DNA of 64,000 nt from Microbotryum violaceum (lineage: Eukaryota). Within the stretch, counting starts at the first letter, position 1; the number at the start of each line of letters is the position of its first letter. Shown piece after piece: positions 24,227-36,500 of the stretch. A model generated the notes under the pieces. That model worked only from the letters and a program-made list of their open reading frames with translations, searched no databases and was not told the origin of the DNA. The stretch is from the NCBI GenBank assembly GCA_001244265.2, contig CDLV01000008.1, positions 2,108,001-2,172,000 of the forward strand. Direction: 5' to 3'. A program made the translations under genes and the position numbers.

Positions 24227-27200
24227 GTCTCTCACCGTGTTGACGTTCAACGTCCGATCGATCAAGAACGCAGTCAACCAAGTCAAAATCATCCGCTATC
24301 TCAAAACCCTTCGGCCGGCCCCTGCGGCCATTCTCCTGCAAGAGCACCACCTCAGCTACAACGCGTCGCGCGAAGGCTTCGAGAGTGCTTGGCCAGGGGC
24401 TTGTATTCGTTTCACTCCTCATGTCCTTACCCTCATACCCGATGGCTCACCTTTGGCGGGCCATCTCCTTTCCTCTACCCCGGTCGTCTTTGCAGGAGCT
24501 CCTCGTTTCGACGGTCGGATTCTGCGCTCGGTGTTTCGTCTTGAGGAGCTCGATGTTGAGATCATCAACATGTACGCGCCGGTACAGGAGGACGATCGTC
24601 GCGACTTTTTCGGGCTCCTGCATTTCAACGCCCCGAGACCCAAGACTCTTCGGATCTTGGCCGGCGATCTCAATGATTGTCCGGATGTATCGGTCGACCG
24701 AGTGTCCATCACCGATCGCGCTTGGACTCCTGTATCGCACTGGCAGACTTTGCTGTCAAAGATCGCGTTCAAGGCACTCGACACGGTCCGACATGTCCAT
24801 TCTTGCACCCCCGCATTCACTCGTCCTCACTACCGTGGTAGAGGGGAGGAGCGAAAGATTTGCTCGTGGTCGCGGATCGACTATATTCTTGTCCAATGCA
24901 GTTGGGCAAACCGGTTGTTGAGCGCTTCTACGCTCTTCGACGCGCCCTGTTCGGACCACAGACCTGTAGTTGCGACTTTCGCATTGCCTACGTCGAACGC
25001 TGATGCCGAACCCCCCTTTCTCTTCCCTCTACGAGCGATTTCATTTCGAGGCTCAACCCAACGGTCTTTGACGATCAAGACTTTGTCGCATCGATTCCCG
25101 GGGTCGTCGACGAGGTCTATCGAAGGCTCGAGGGGACCGCTCCGCTCGGCGACGTCTATGACGCCGCTCTGCGGGCGGTTGCAGTCGCTGGCCATGCACG
25201 ATACCGCTCGACTCGTGCCGACATGCGCCGACTGCGGTCCGAGAGCCAATCCGTCATGGAGGCTTTGGAGGCACGCGGTGAGCACATGAATGAGGCCGAG
25301 CGCGATGCGTATGCTTTTGCCAAGTCGCGGTTGGACCAGTTGGCGGTAAAGGAGGCTCAGTGGCTGCGCATTCGTGCGCATGTGCCGTCAGTCGACTCGA
25401 GGGAAGGTCAATCGGCAAGCATTCGCACGCGTCTCAACCGCCGGAGTCGCCAGACGAGCATCGTCTCGCTGGAGGATGTGGATGGCACCGAGACCGTTGA
25501 CATGCAGGAGGCGCTGGGTATTGCTTCACGGCACGCACAGTCGCTCTTCACGCCGGACCCAGCTCGTGGCGACCCGACGAACCCACGTCGGTCCCTGTTC
25601 GACCCTATTCGCGCGGCGAAATGCTACGATGACGACCGCTCGGACCCTACGTTCGGTCGTCGGCTGCCTCGTCAAGCGAGAGTGGCGCTTGACGAGCCCT
25701 TCACCCTCCTCGAGGTTGAAGCGGCGTTGAAGAAGACGGATTCGGGGCGATCACCGGGGCCCTCGGGCATTCCGTACGAGCTCTTCAAGGCGCTGCCAAC
25801 CTACTTTGGTCCCAAGCTGTTGGATTTGTTCAACTCGATTTGGGAGGGGGTAAAATGACGGCGTCCTTGGCAGAGGGGCTGGTGCGGCTTTTGCCCAAGA
25901 ACAAACCGGGGGCCAATCTGAAATCACTGGGGGCATATCGACCGATCACACTGCGCGAGACAACCTACAAGGTCCTCAGCAAGGTCTTGGTGGCGCGACT
26001 CAATGGGGTGCTCGGCGAGCTTTTGCCGCCGGCGCAACACGGGTTCATGCCATCAAGACGTTCAGCGGACGCGGGAAGTCATCTCACTCTCCTTCTCGAA
26101 AAACTCCGATCACTCGGTACTGATGTTTTCCCAGAGGGCGCCCTCTTGTCCTTGGATCAGCAGAGCGCGTACGATCGGGTCGATCACGCATGGATCTTCG
26201 ACGTCTTCGAGGCCTTTGGCTTTGGTGAGCGTTTCATTTCCCTGCTGCGCGCTCTGTACGATCCCGAGACTCTGGGGGTGCGCTACCTCATCAATAGGTT
26301 CCCCACGGAGTTGGTGCGGTTGCTGTGTGGTCTCGGTCAGGGGAATCCCCTCTCGTGCCCGGTTTGGAACATCACGTTCCAGCCCTTCCTCGACGCCCTC
26401 GTTCGGCGCGGGATCGCGCTCGACCTGCAGAAGGTGTGGCCAGGGGGGCCACGTGCGCAGCTTACGCATCTGGCGTTTGCCGACGATGCTGTGGTGGTGG
26501 TGGAGTCACCGGCGGCATTGTCGAAGCTGGAAACGCTGTCGCAGACGTGGTACGAGGCAACCAACGGGAAGACCAACACGGACAAGACGCTGGTGCTACC
26601 ACTCGGACCGAACTGGCTTCGGGACGAGACTGCGCAGGCGCTGCCAACGGTGCAGGAGGGGGAGAGCTTCAAGTGGTGCGGCTATGCCTTCTTTCGCCAC
26701 GGTGACTCGAAACTGTTTTGGACCCATGTTCTTGACAGGATCAAAGCCAAGACCCGCGCCGCTGGAGACCGGACACTTTCGCCGAGTGGGAAGGTCTTCT
26801 ATGCCAACGCTCACATCATCTCGACGGTCCTCCACGTGCTGTCCTTCGACATACCGCCTCAATGGTTCATTAAGGCGGCGGAGACAGCACTTACGGATTT
26901 TGTTTGGGGAGGAGCAGGGCGAAATACCGTCGCTCGCGATTTCGTGTTCCAGGCTCGGGAGGACGGTGGCTTGGGCTTGATTTTAATCGGCGACATCGTT
27001 CATTCGGTGGCGCTTCGATTTTGGGATGCTGTGGCGGGCTCGAACGAGGCGATCTGGGCGCCCCTAGCTCGCGAGAGCTGGAGGTCCCTCGTCGCTGCGA
27101 CCCGCGATTTCAGTCCGTGGGGGTTCTTCAGCAGCACGGCTCGGGTCGAGAAGCTGTATCGCGACTCGACGCGCTGGGGGGCAGTCGTTGCAGCGGCCAG

Positions 27201-28218
27201 GGTCACCTTACCAACCATCAAGTCCGAACTCCTTACGCTCCCCGAATTGCTCTCGCTTCCGCCTCGCCTCCCTTCACTCTATGCTGAAGGTGCCAAGCAC
27301 GCATATGACGATGCGGACGCAGTGGCGAAGTTTGCGCAGATCGCGGACCTGTACTGGAGGGACGAAGGAAAGGGCTGGGCTCTGGTTGGTCATCGACGCG
27401 GTTTCTGGCAGCACTCTAAGGAACCAGCCCTGCAGCACGAGCACGTGTGGTCGCGCGTGGGTCAGTTGCTCAAGGCGAAAGCCTTGCTGCCCAAGACCGC
27501 GTTGCGACCTGCTCGGATACCTCTCAAGGAGGCTCCCCGTCCTCGGTGCTTCAACTTCTTTGGGCTCACCCGACCGTTCACTATTCGCAAGCTTCGTCGG
27601 CTTGTGAACGTGGTTCGGTTCCCAGGGAGGGAGGATCGTGTCAAGCGTTTCCGTGATGGGACTTCTCAGAGCGATAGGAAGCGCTTCTGGAGATGGCTTC
27701 ATGCCCGGTTTGCGCCTGCTGTGGAGCAGGACACCCACTGGCGGCTCATGTACGACGTGACGCCGACGCGCAAGAGGCAGCATACTCAGGGTCATGCCTC
27801 TTCGCCGACGTGTCTGTTCTGCGGCAACGATGCAGCGGTCATCGAGACGGTGTCGCACTACTTCTTCGAGTGCGCGTACTCGACCAGCTTCTGGGGTGGG
27901 GTGCTTCGCATTCTGTTCGACAAGCTGGGCATCGAGGATACCGACGTCGATCCGTCGACGTTCACTCCGGAGCAGCTGACTATGGGGCTCCCCCTTTTGC
28001 GGGGTCGTGGGAGAACGACCTCGAAATGGATGTGGGTTCGGCTGGCTTGCGCGATCGGCTTCCAGCGGCTGCACCTGCTCCGCTGGCGCGTTCATCAGCG
28101 GTTCGAGCTGGACAAGGTCGTGGCCCCTCCCTCGCTCCCCAGTGCACTCAGAGCGTTCGAGCGAGATTTTCTCTCTCGAGCGGGTTTTGTGCCTGGGGCT
28201 CGAGATTGGGAGGTGTGA
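24219..28218 (+). CDS. LINE B ORF2: APE endonuclease, reverse transcriptase, C-terminal zinc finger (frameshifts near 25015 and 25848)
   Basis: GDLND, SDHRPV, SPGPSG, YRPITL, QHGF, LGQGNPLS, AFADD, GGLGL, CLFC..ETVSHYFFEC. Confidence 0.92.
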
Positions 28219-29188
28219 TGACCGAGTTAAGTCCTTCCTTCCCATTTTCCTCCCTCCTTTCCTCCCTTCTTTTTCGGAGGTCGACTCCTCTTTTAGAAGC
28301 TGACTGTCTTGGAACTTGTTGCGCAGTGGAAGGCTGCGCACCTCTCCCTCTCTCTCTCTACTTTGCGCAGTAGCGGTTTTTTGTTCTTGGATGGATCGGC
28401 AAGCCAGGTCGATTGTCTTTGCGTTGAAGGCTTTGTGAAGTTTTTCCCTCTCCTTTCCCCCCTTTTTCCCTTCCCTTCCTCTTCTCGTTCCTGTTGCTCA
28501 ATTGTTGACTACGCTTCAGCCACTTCTCCTTTTACTCCTAAGCCGTGTGTTGGATTCCGTTGAATGGTTCGTTCGTTCGCGTTGGTCAAGATCTACGGCA
28601 TGGCTCGGGAAGGAAGGTCGCTCGTTTCTGGTCAATATCCTCCCGTCAACGCGAGGCTCGTTTCGTTGTACTGGATCGCTTTTCTCTCGGCCCCGACGGC
28701 TCAACAGCCAGCACTCGAGATTCAGCCAAGGGAGGACATCAGGCGCTGTCGGGGTGACGAGTAGCTGGGGCTTGGCTGCGGCCTGTTAGTCCCTGGGGAC
28801 CTCTACCTCCGGCTTCGACCCCCTACCTTGGCCCCTCGGGTGTGTTCCCCTCCTCTCTGTCTTAGTATTCCTGGTTCTCCGTATCCCCAGTCGTGACTTT
28901 CTGTATACTCTCCCCCTTCTTTCTCTAGGCGCTCTTGCCTGGTTTTCGAGTATCTTCGCTCCCGCTCTTGGGACGTGAAGCGGCAGCAGTACTCACCGCC
29001 CGTTGGAGTCCGCGTTAGGTGCTCGGCGGGTTTTGATCTGCGCAGCGCTCTTTGCGCGCAGGGGTTTGACTTTCACCCAACTGCTTGCCGTCGTTGCTTT
29101 ATAACCTCCTTTAGCTCTTTTTGTAGCGGTCCCAGCCAACCCGAAGGATTGCAATTTATGAGCCCCAGTCGAAAAAATAATAAAAAAA

Positions 29189-29732
29189 TTCTCGCATCTT
29201 GCGGGCGGTTTGTGTTATCATCGTCGACTTCCATCTAGTTTTTCCGTAGGCCAATCAGGGGGAACAGGAATTGGGGCAATATGATGAACAAGTCCTACAA
29301 AAAAGAAATCTACAAGCTCTTCCCTGGTTTCGAGTATCTTCGCTCCCGCGCTTGGGACGTGAAGCGGCAGCAGTACTCACCGCCCGTTGGAGTCCGCGTT
29401 AGGTGCTCGGCGGGCTTTGATCTGCGCAGCGCTCTTTGCGCGCAGGGGTTTGATTTTCACCCAGCTGCTTGTCGTCGTTGCTTTATTACCTCTTTTAGCT
29501 CTTTTTGTAGCGATTATAGCCAACCCGAAGGATCGTAATTTATGAGCCCAGTTAAACAAAAAATATGTTATGAGCCCAGTTAGACAAAAAATATGTTATG
29601 AGCCCAGTTAGACAAAAAAAAAAAAAAGTGTTATCATCGTAGTCTTCCATCTAGTTTTTCCGTAGGCCAAAACAGGGGGAACAGGAACTGGGGGCAATAT
29701 GATGAACGTTTTCTACAAAAAAAAATAAAAAA
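29189..29732 (+). mobile_element. Cluster of short 3'-end fragments: A variant 29189-29308, possible micro-A TCTACAA 29309-29315, B variant 29316-29563, two micro-B 29564-29591 and 29592-29627, A 29628-29732
   Basis: Each piece matches the extreme 3' end of family A or B and ends in its own A-rich tail. Confidence 0.88.
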
Positions 29733-29733
29733 T

Positions 29734-32700
29734 GCTCGCGGCGCGGAACTCGGACTCCAAGATCACAGCACTGCGCTTGAGCAACGGAGAGCTAACGCAT
29801 GACATTGATGTCGCTCTTGACCACACGCAGGCGCATTTCCAGCGCCTCTACCGCATCGAGCCTCGTGACCCGGACCGCGTCGACCGACTTCGGGACGAAT
29901 TCCTCGCGCCGATCAGGGCGGCGCGGACTTGCGACGACCCGCGCTCGGATCCTCTCTTTCTGCGCCGACTCTCGGAATCGCAGATCGACTTACTCCAGCG
30001 ACCAATCACCGAGGACGAGGTCGTGGCCGCGATCGGGACGACGCACCCGGGGCGATCGCCGGGACCGTCGGGCGTGCCCTACGAACTCTACCAGACCGCA
30101 CCCAAGGCGTGGGCCAAGGTGCTGACCAAGGCCTACAACACGATGATAGAGCGAGGCTCACTCTCTCCCAAGCAGGGCCAAGGACTCGTGCGCCTCATCT
30201 TCAAGCGACACAAGAAGAATGCCGATCGCGCCGAACTTTCGTCGTACCGGCCGATCACCCTGCGCGAGTGCGCTTACAAGATCTTTACCAAGGTCTATGT
30301 CGCCCGCTTGAACCAGATTCTACCGGATCTCCTCCCGCCGCAGCAGCACGGATTCGTCAAGGACCGCCGATCGGCTGACGCTGCACTACACCTTCGTCTC
30401 CTGATCGAGGAAGTTGGCGCGCGCAGGACCGAGTTCCCCGCGGCCGCACTCTTATCTCTTGACCAATCGTCCGCCTACGACCTCGTCGAGCATGACTGGA
30501 TTTTTGCCATCTTTGACGCTCTGGGCGCTCCTGCCACCTTTCTTCGCGTGCTGAGGATGCTCTACTCGGGTGACTCGACCTCGGCCCGCTACATCATCAA
30601 TGGGTTCTTGACGGCGCCGGTACGACTGACGTGTGGGCTCGGCCAAGGGGACCCGGCGTCGTCGTCGGTCTGGGACATCGTGTTTCAGCCGTTTCTGGAT
30701 GCTCTACACCGTCGAAACATCGCGCTGAATCTCTCCATACCTGCACTTCATCCGTACCCACAGAGCCGCGCCATTACATCGCTTGCTTTTGCCGATGACG
30801 TTGTCGTCGCCGTCGCGGGCTTGGGGTCACTCAACTTGCTCGATGACCTGGCGCTCGACTGGAGGCATGCAACGAATGGCCGGCTCAACACGGACAAGAC
30901 GGTCGTCCTACCGATCGGACGCCGCTGGGACCCGGGGCAACGCCCGCTCGTCGTCAAGGCCGCAGGCGAGTCGCTCGAGTGGATCGGCCTCCCCTTCGAC
31001 CCGAGCGGCGACACCGAACTCGCCTACGCGAATCTCATCGAACGCCTCGAGGCGACGCTGGAGGGGGTTCAGCATCGCTGGCTCACACACCACACCCGTG
31101 CCTTTTACGTCAATCGGTACGCCATCCCCAAGATCCTGCACTTTCTTGCAGCCGACATCCCGCCGCCCGAAGTCGTCAAGAAGCTCGATGACATGCTCGT
31201 CGATTTCGTCCGTGGGGGCAAGGGCAGGACCAGCTACGGCAGAGATATCGTGTTCACAGCCAAGCTCAAGGGGGACTCGGGGTGATCAGGATGCAGGACG
31301 TCGTGGACGCGGTTGCGGCACGGATCTGGGACGTTCTTCTCGGCGGTTCGGGCGCGATCTGGCAAGGACTTGCGCGCGCGGCTCTCCAGCGAGCTCAGTC
31401 CGACCTCGACCTGGCCACCGATCTCTGGCCACATCCATCCACTCCCATCCCCAGCGACCTCCATCCCCGATGGCAAGCAGCATTGGGGGTTCCGAAACAG
31501 CAAGGCGCGCAGGTCAACCCGAGGACCTTGACCACCGCGAACCTGCTCGCGCTTCCCACCTTGCTCGGCAGCCTCCACACCCCCATCAGAGGGAGACAGA
31601 CCATCGACGCGGTTCATATACCTGACTACCTTCGTCTCCAGGGCTACCCGAAGGTGGCGGATCTCTACCGGCGCGAGTTGTATGCGGGTGGGGGGTTTCA
31701 CCTTTGGACGCCGCCGGCGGATGTGCTCGGCGACAACAGCGAGTACGATCGACGCGGGCTCCCGCAGCGACTGGCAATCGCGGCCTGGTACCGGTTCACT
31801 GTCGATCGACACAAGAACACGCCCTTGGCGGTGGCGGTGGCGGCAGGACGGCTCAACGTGCCTCCCCGGATCGGCACCAGCGCACCGCTCGAGGCGATTC
31901 TCCCCAAGCCCGTGGCCCGCTTCGGAATGGAGCAGCGCCTTCCGGACCCGGTGCTTCCACAGCAGGCGAGCCAGTACAAGCTGCTGAACATGGCTCGACC
32001 GTACACCATCCGTCGCATCCGCCGGGTCCTGAACGCGAAGGCCTTTACCAACACGCTCGGGCTCAAGGGACCACCGCAGCCGGACGACCTCAGGAGCTTT
32101 TGAAAGGCGGTCAACTCGAAGGCACTGACGGCGAGGGAGAGGGAAGTTTGGTTCAAGCTGATTCTCCGCTTCACCCCGACGCGCAAGCTGCAACACTAAC
32201 AGAACCACGACACTTCTCCCGCGTGCCTCGTCTGCGAAGCGCCGGTGGACGACACCGACCACTACTTTTTCGGCTGCGTTGACTCGCGGAACGTCTGGAT
32301 CGCGGCAAGGGGCGTGCTCTGCGACGCACTGCACTCGGTGAGACACGATCGAGGACGCCCAGTACACGACATTGCAACGGCTCTTTGGCCTCCCCAAGCT
32401 CAAGGCCAAGCTCAGCGAACAGGAAGGTGCGGGCAGGACGATCAAGATCTTCACGGGGATGGTTTTGGAGATGATCAGCAGTGGGAGATGGAGGATGCAG
32501 AAGCACGGGACGAGAATGGAAAGCGTGGAGAGGAGGAGGGTGGTACTGGAGGAGAGGATGAAGTTGAGGGCGGGAGGAGCAAGGGGCGGGCAAGGGCAGT
32601 AGAGGCTGGGTTCGATTTCCCGCCACCATCCCACACACACACACACACATCAAATCACACTTCCTCTCTCTCAAAAAAAAGAAAGAAAAAAAAAAACTGT

Positions 32701-33294
32701 GTACTAAATATCTTGCTTTCATCTTTCATCTATTACAGGTCTGCTTTCGTTGCTCATGGACCGGCTCGCGATTTGGGATTGACTCGACGGTGGCTCGCGC
32801 TCTTTGGCTTCGGGGTTCTGAGTCAAGGGCGGGATCAGCAGACACAGGCAGAAAGTCGGCTTTGAGGGGCCAGGGACTGCTGAGGTAGAGGTTTTGAGGG
32901 GCCTCCACCGCGTCTTGTTGTGACCGAGCATAGACTTGGGGCTTCGTGAGTCAGGGTAGTTGCGCAGTCGCTCTCCTGTCTTTGTCTCGACCGAGTTGGG
33001 AAGTGGGTGCGGGGGTGGGCCTCTTGTCGTTAGTAAATCGTTTCATTACTCTTTCTCTTTGTCTCTCTCTCTCCTTCTCTCTCTCATTCGTCTCCTGGGG
33101 GGGGAGCAACCGCTTGACTGGGGGGGCACTTTAATCCGAAGTATCGGATTGGTGGACTTGGCCCGTTTCTCGCATCTTGCGGGCGGTTTGTGTTATCATT
33201 GTCCGCTTCCATCTAGTTTTTCCGTAGGCCAATTGCGGGGAGCAGGAATGGGGGGCGATGAACATGTTCTACAAACAAACAAATAAAAACAAAA
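29734..33294 (+). mobile_element. LINE A, 5'-truncated 3.56 kb copy with degenerate 3' half
   Basis: Starts at the equivalent of ~17369; RT intact; premature stops near 32101 (TGA) and 32197 (TAA); diverged 3'UTR; degenerate A-rich tail. Confidence 0.92.
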
Positions 33295-33316
33295 CCTCAT
33301 GAGTTTCAATACTTGG

Positions 33317-33582
33317 TGTTGCAACAAGGACTAAGAGGTACTCTACGACTCAGCTCCGAGATACACGAGTGAGATGATGAGAATAGCGTGGCTTTGCAGT
33401 AACTAACCTAAGAGGTACTCCACGACTCAGCTCCGAGATACACGAGTGAGATGATGAGAATAGCGTGGAGAAGGAACCCAGAAGGAAAAAAGACGCAAAG
33501 ACAAAGATAGGCGCGCGCGCAGAATAAAGTATTAACCAAGACTAATAGCAATGAGTTAGGCTCTCAGACCCCACTTCTAACA
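33317..33582 (-). repeat. Copia 3' LTR (266 bp, with internal 61-bp duplication)
   Basis: Direct repeat of 37981-38168; TG...CA ends. Confidence 0.93.
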
Positions 33583-36500
33583 CTCCCACCGGTCAAAGAG
33601 ACTAACGAGACCATTCCAAGTAGCGCACGAAGTTGATCAAAGCGTTGAAATCCTAAAGGCTTCGTCATAATATCCGCGGCATTGACGTGGGTAGGGCAGT
33701 ATTCAAGTTCGACCTCGCCAGAAGCAACCCGTTCTCGAACGAACAAATGAGCAATGTCGAAGTGCTTGGTTCGCATGTGATCGACCGGATCCTTGGCGAT
33801 CTGGATGCATGCGGCGTTGTCCTCTTGAATGATAGTAGGCTGTGCTTGTGGAATGCCGACATCACCAGCCAAACGACGGAGCCAGATTGCTTCACGAGTG
33901 GCTGAGGATGCAGAGAGGCTTTCGGCTTCGGTAGTGGATGTAGCGATCATAGATTGTTGCTTCGACTGCCAGGAGATAACCCCGCCAGCGAGCATTGATG
34001 CATAGGCTCCCACCGATCTGCGAGATTCCGGGTCATCCGCAAACGAGGCATCGGAGTAGACCATCAATCGAGTTGTGGAACTGTTTCGATAAAGAATTCC
34101 CAAATCGATGGTGCTGCTGAGGTAGCGAAATATACGCTTGACCGCGGCCCAATCGTCGACAGTTGGACAGGAGTTCTTTTGAGCAACGGCACGAACAGCA
34201 ATCGCGATATCGGGTCGACATGCAGGGAACCCACAGCCGATTGGTACAATGACACATCGGCAAACGGAGTAGCATCGATTCGAAGCGAGGGGCGATCGTC
34301 CATGGGCGTGACTGCACGGCGCTTGGATGGAGAAGCGAAATCGAACTTCTCGAGCATAGTGCGGACATACTTGCTTTGGTGAACGAGGATGTAATCTTTG
34401 GTGCGATGAATTTCGAAGCCCAGGAAGTAGGAGACGGGTCCGAGACGCTTGAGCTGGAAGGCCTTGTGAAGCGATCCGAGCTCGGAGTCCAAGAAGGACT
34501 GATTGTTGGACGCGATGAGACCGTCGTCAACATAGAGAGTGATGATAGCAAACGAAGTGCCCGAATGTTTGATGTAGAGGCAAGCATCGGCAGTTGCCCT
34601 CATGTAGCCTCGAGACACCATGAGATCGTTGACGGCTCGATACCATTCACGGGGCGCCTGTTTGGTGCCATACATGGAACCCACGAGCTTGAGGCACTTG
34701 CCAGGGGATTGAGGACGATTCCATCCTTTTGGGTATCGAACATAGACATCCTCGGTCATCTTGCTGTTGAGAAAGGCGCAGTCGAAATCGAACTGTTCGA
34801 GATACAGGCCCTGAGCAGCAGCCAGAGCAATCAAGAACAAAATCGTCGAAGAACGAGCGACAGGAGCGTAGGTGTCATGGTAGTCGATGCCTGGGCGTTG
34901 AGCAAATCCTTGAGCAACGAGACGAGCTTTGAAACTAATGATTTTGCCGTTTGCATCGCGCTTGATACTGTAGACCCAGATCGTGCCGAGTACCCGAATT
35001 CCTTCGTGCCACTTGACTTCCTGAAAGACTCCATGATGATCGAATTGTAGAAGTTCTGAGACCATTGCCGCACTCCAATGGTTGCGATAGGGTGACTTCA
35101 TGGCTTCCTCGAATGTCTTGGGTATCTCGATGTCTTCTTCGGCGAACACGGCAGCACAGTAGGCATCGTAGGAAAGCTTGTCGTGGAACATGGGTGGAGT
35201 ATCCAAGACATCGACCATGATAGCCAAAATGATGGGAAGTACATTTTCCGGAGGTTGAGGTCGACGACGAGAACCAGCAGGAAGGATGTTGGAAGGATCA
35301 ACATTCTCGAATTGGCCAGGATTTGGACCAGTGCGAACGATGGCGTAACCTTCACGAGGAGCGAGAGCGACTTCCGCCTCACCGTCGAGTGGTTCTTCTG
35401 CGTCATGATAGTTATCAGGTCCATCGTCGAGTCCATCGTTGTCGTCATTGTCGTCATCCTTACGAGGAACGACTGCAAGATACCCCCCCTGTTGACCAAC
35501 TCCAATTAGAACCACCGGAGGAGGCTGTGGATCCGGCAAAGTTGGATCCACAACAGGTGAAGTTGGTGTAGACGGCAACACATCTGGCGGAGGATGAGGA
35601 GGATGAGGAGGTTGAGAATGATGAACGGGATCAGAAGCGTCCGCACGATCTTGAGACGAAGTGACGACGGAAGGAGTCTCAAGGAATGTGACGTGACGCG
35701 AAACGTAGACCTGTTTCGACGATTGGACCCAGACACGGTAGTTGTATTCACCGGAGTACCCGATGAAAACTCCCTGAATCGAGCGAGGTGCAAGCTTGGA
35801 GCGACGCTCCTTGGGAACGTGGACAAACGCCGTAGATCCGAATGGCTGAAGATGAGCAAGACTAGGCTTCTTGCCGAGAAGAACTTCGATTGCCGTTTTT
35901 CCGTGAATACGAGGATGTGGTCGACGATTGAGAACAAATGTCGCCGCGGCCAGAGCATCTGACCAGAATCGCATGAGAAGACCGGAGTCGAGGAGCATTG
36001 ATCGAACGAGACCCATGAGAGATCCATTGAGTCGCTCTACTTGACCATTTTGCTCCGGAGTATAGGGGGCCGTGAATTCCACGATGATGCCTTGCTTTTC
36101 AAGAAGAGCCCGGAACAATGAGTTGTCGAATTCACGACCATTGTCCGATCTGACCCTCTTGATTTTCTGACCCGTTTGACGCTCGGACTCGGCTTGAAAT
36201 TTCGACCATGCTTCGATAATCGTCTCAGCCCTCTTGTCCTTTAGCACGATCTTCCATTTAGCCGTCGAATACTGATCCACGATAGCGAGATAGATAGTAT
36301 CGCCATGGTGATTGGGATGTTCGACAAACCCGAGATCGATGAAGACGCGGTAGAGTGCATGAGGCGCTTCGGTACTCTTATTGGAGAAGGGTGATCGCTT
36401 TGACTTGGCCTGGATGCACGAGAAGCAAGGAGTAACCTTTTCGTCCTTCAGAGTGATGCCAGTGATAGCCCCGGATTTGACAGCCAAAACGATTGCCGCA

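Larger units (their letters stand above)
13366..25604. repeat. Right arm of giant inverted repeat
   Basis: Reverse complement of 1-12244; unique spacer 12245-13365. Confidence 0.97.
22489..29188 (+). mobile_element. LINE family B, full-length or near full-length L1/Tx1-like element
   Basis: ORF1 22545-24226, ORF2 24219-28218, ~950 bp 3'UTR, A-rich tail 29172-29188. Confidence 0.93.

Noticed and set aside
17090-25850. Programmed frameshifting within LINE ORF2 (e.g. near 17095, 18905, 25015, 25848)
   Set aside because: The breaks checked are single-base losses in G or C homopolymers, and several differ between the two otherwise identical arms. Long-read sequencing error is the simpler explanation.
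29540-29627. CRISPR-like short repeats
   Set aside because: Eukaryotic DNA; the units are LINE B 3' ends with A tails, without unique spacers or cas genes.
31380-32300. RIP-like hypermutation of the distal LINE A copy
   Set aside because: Substitutions go in both directions and include transversions; no clear C-to-T bias.
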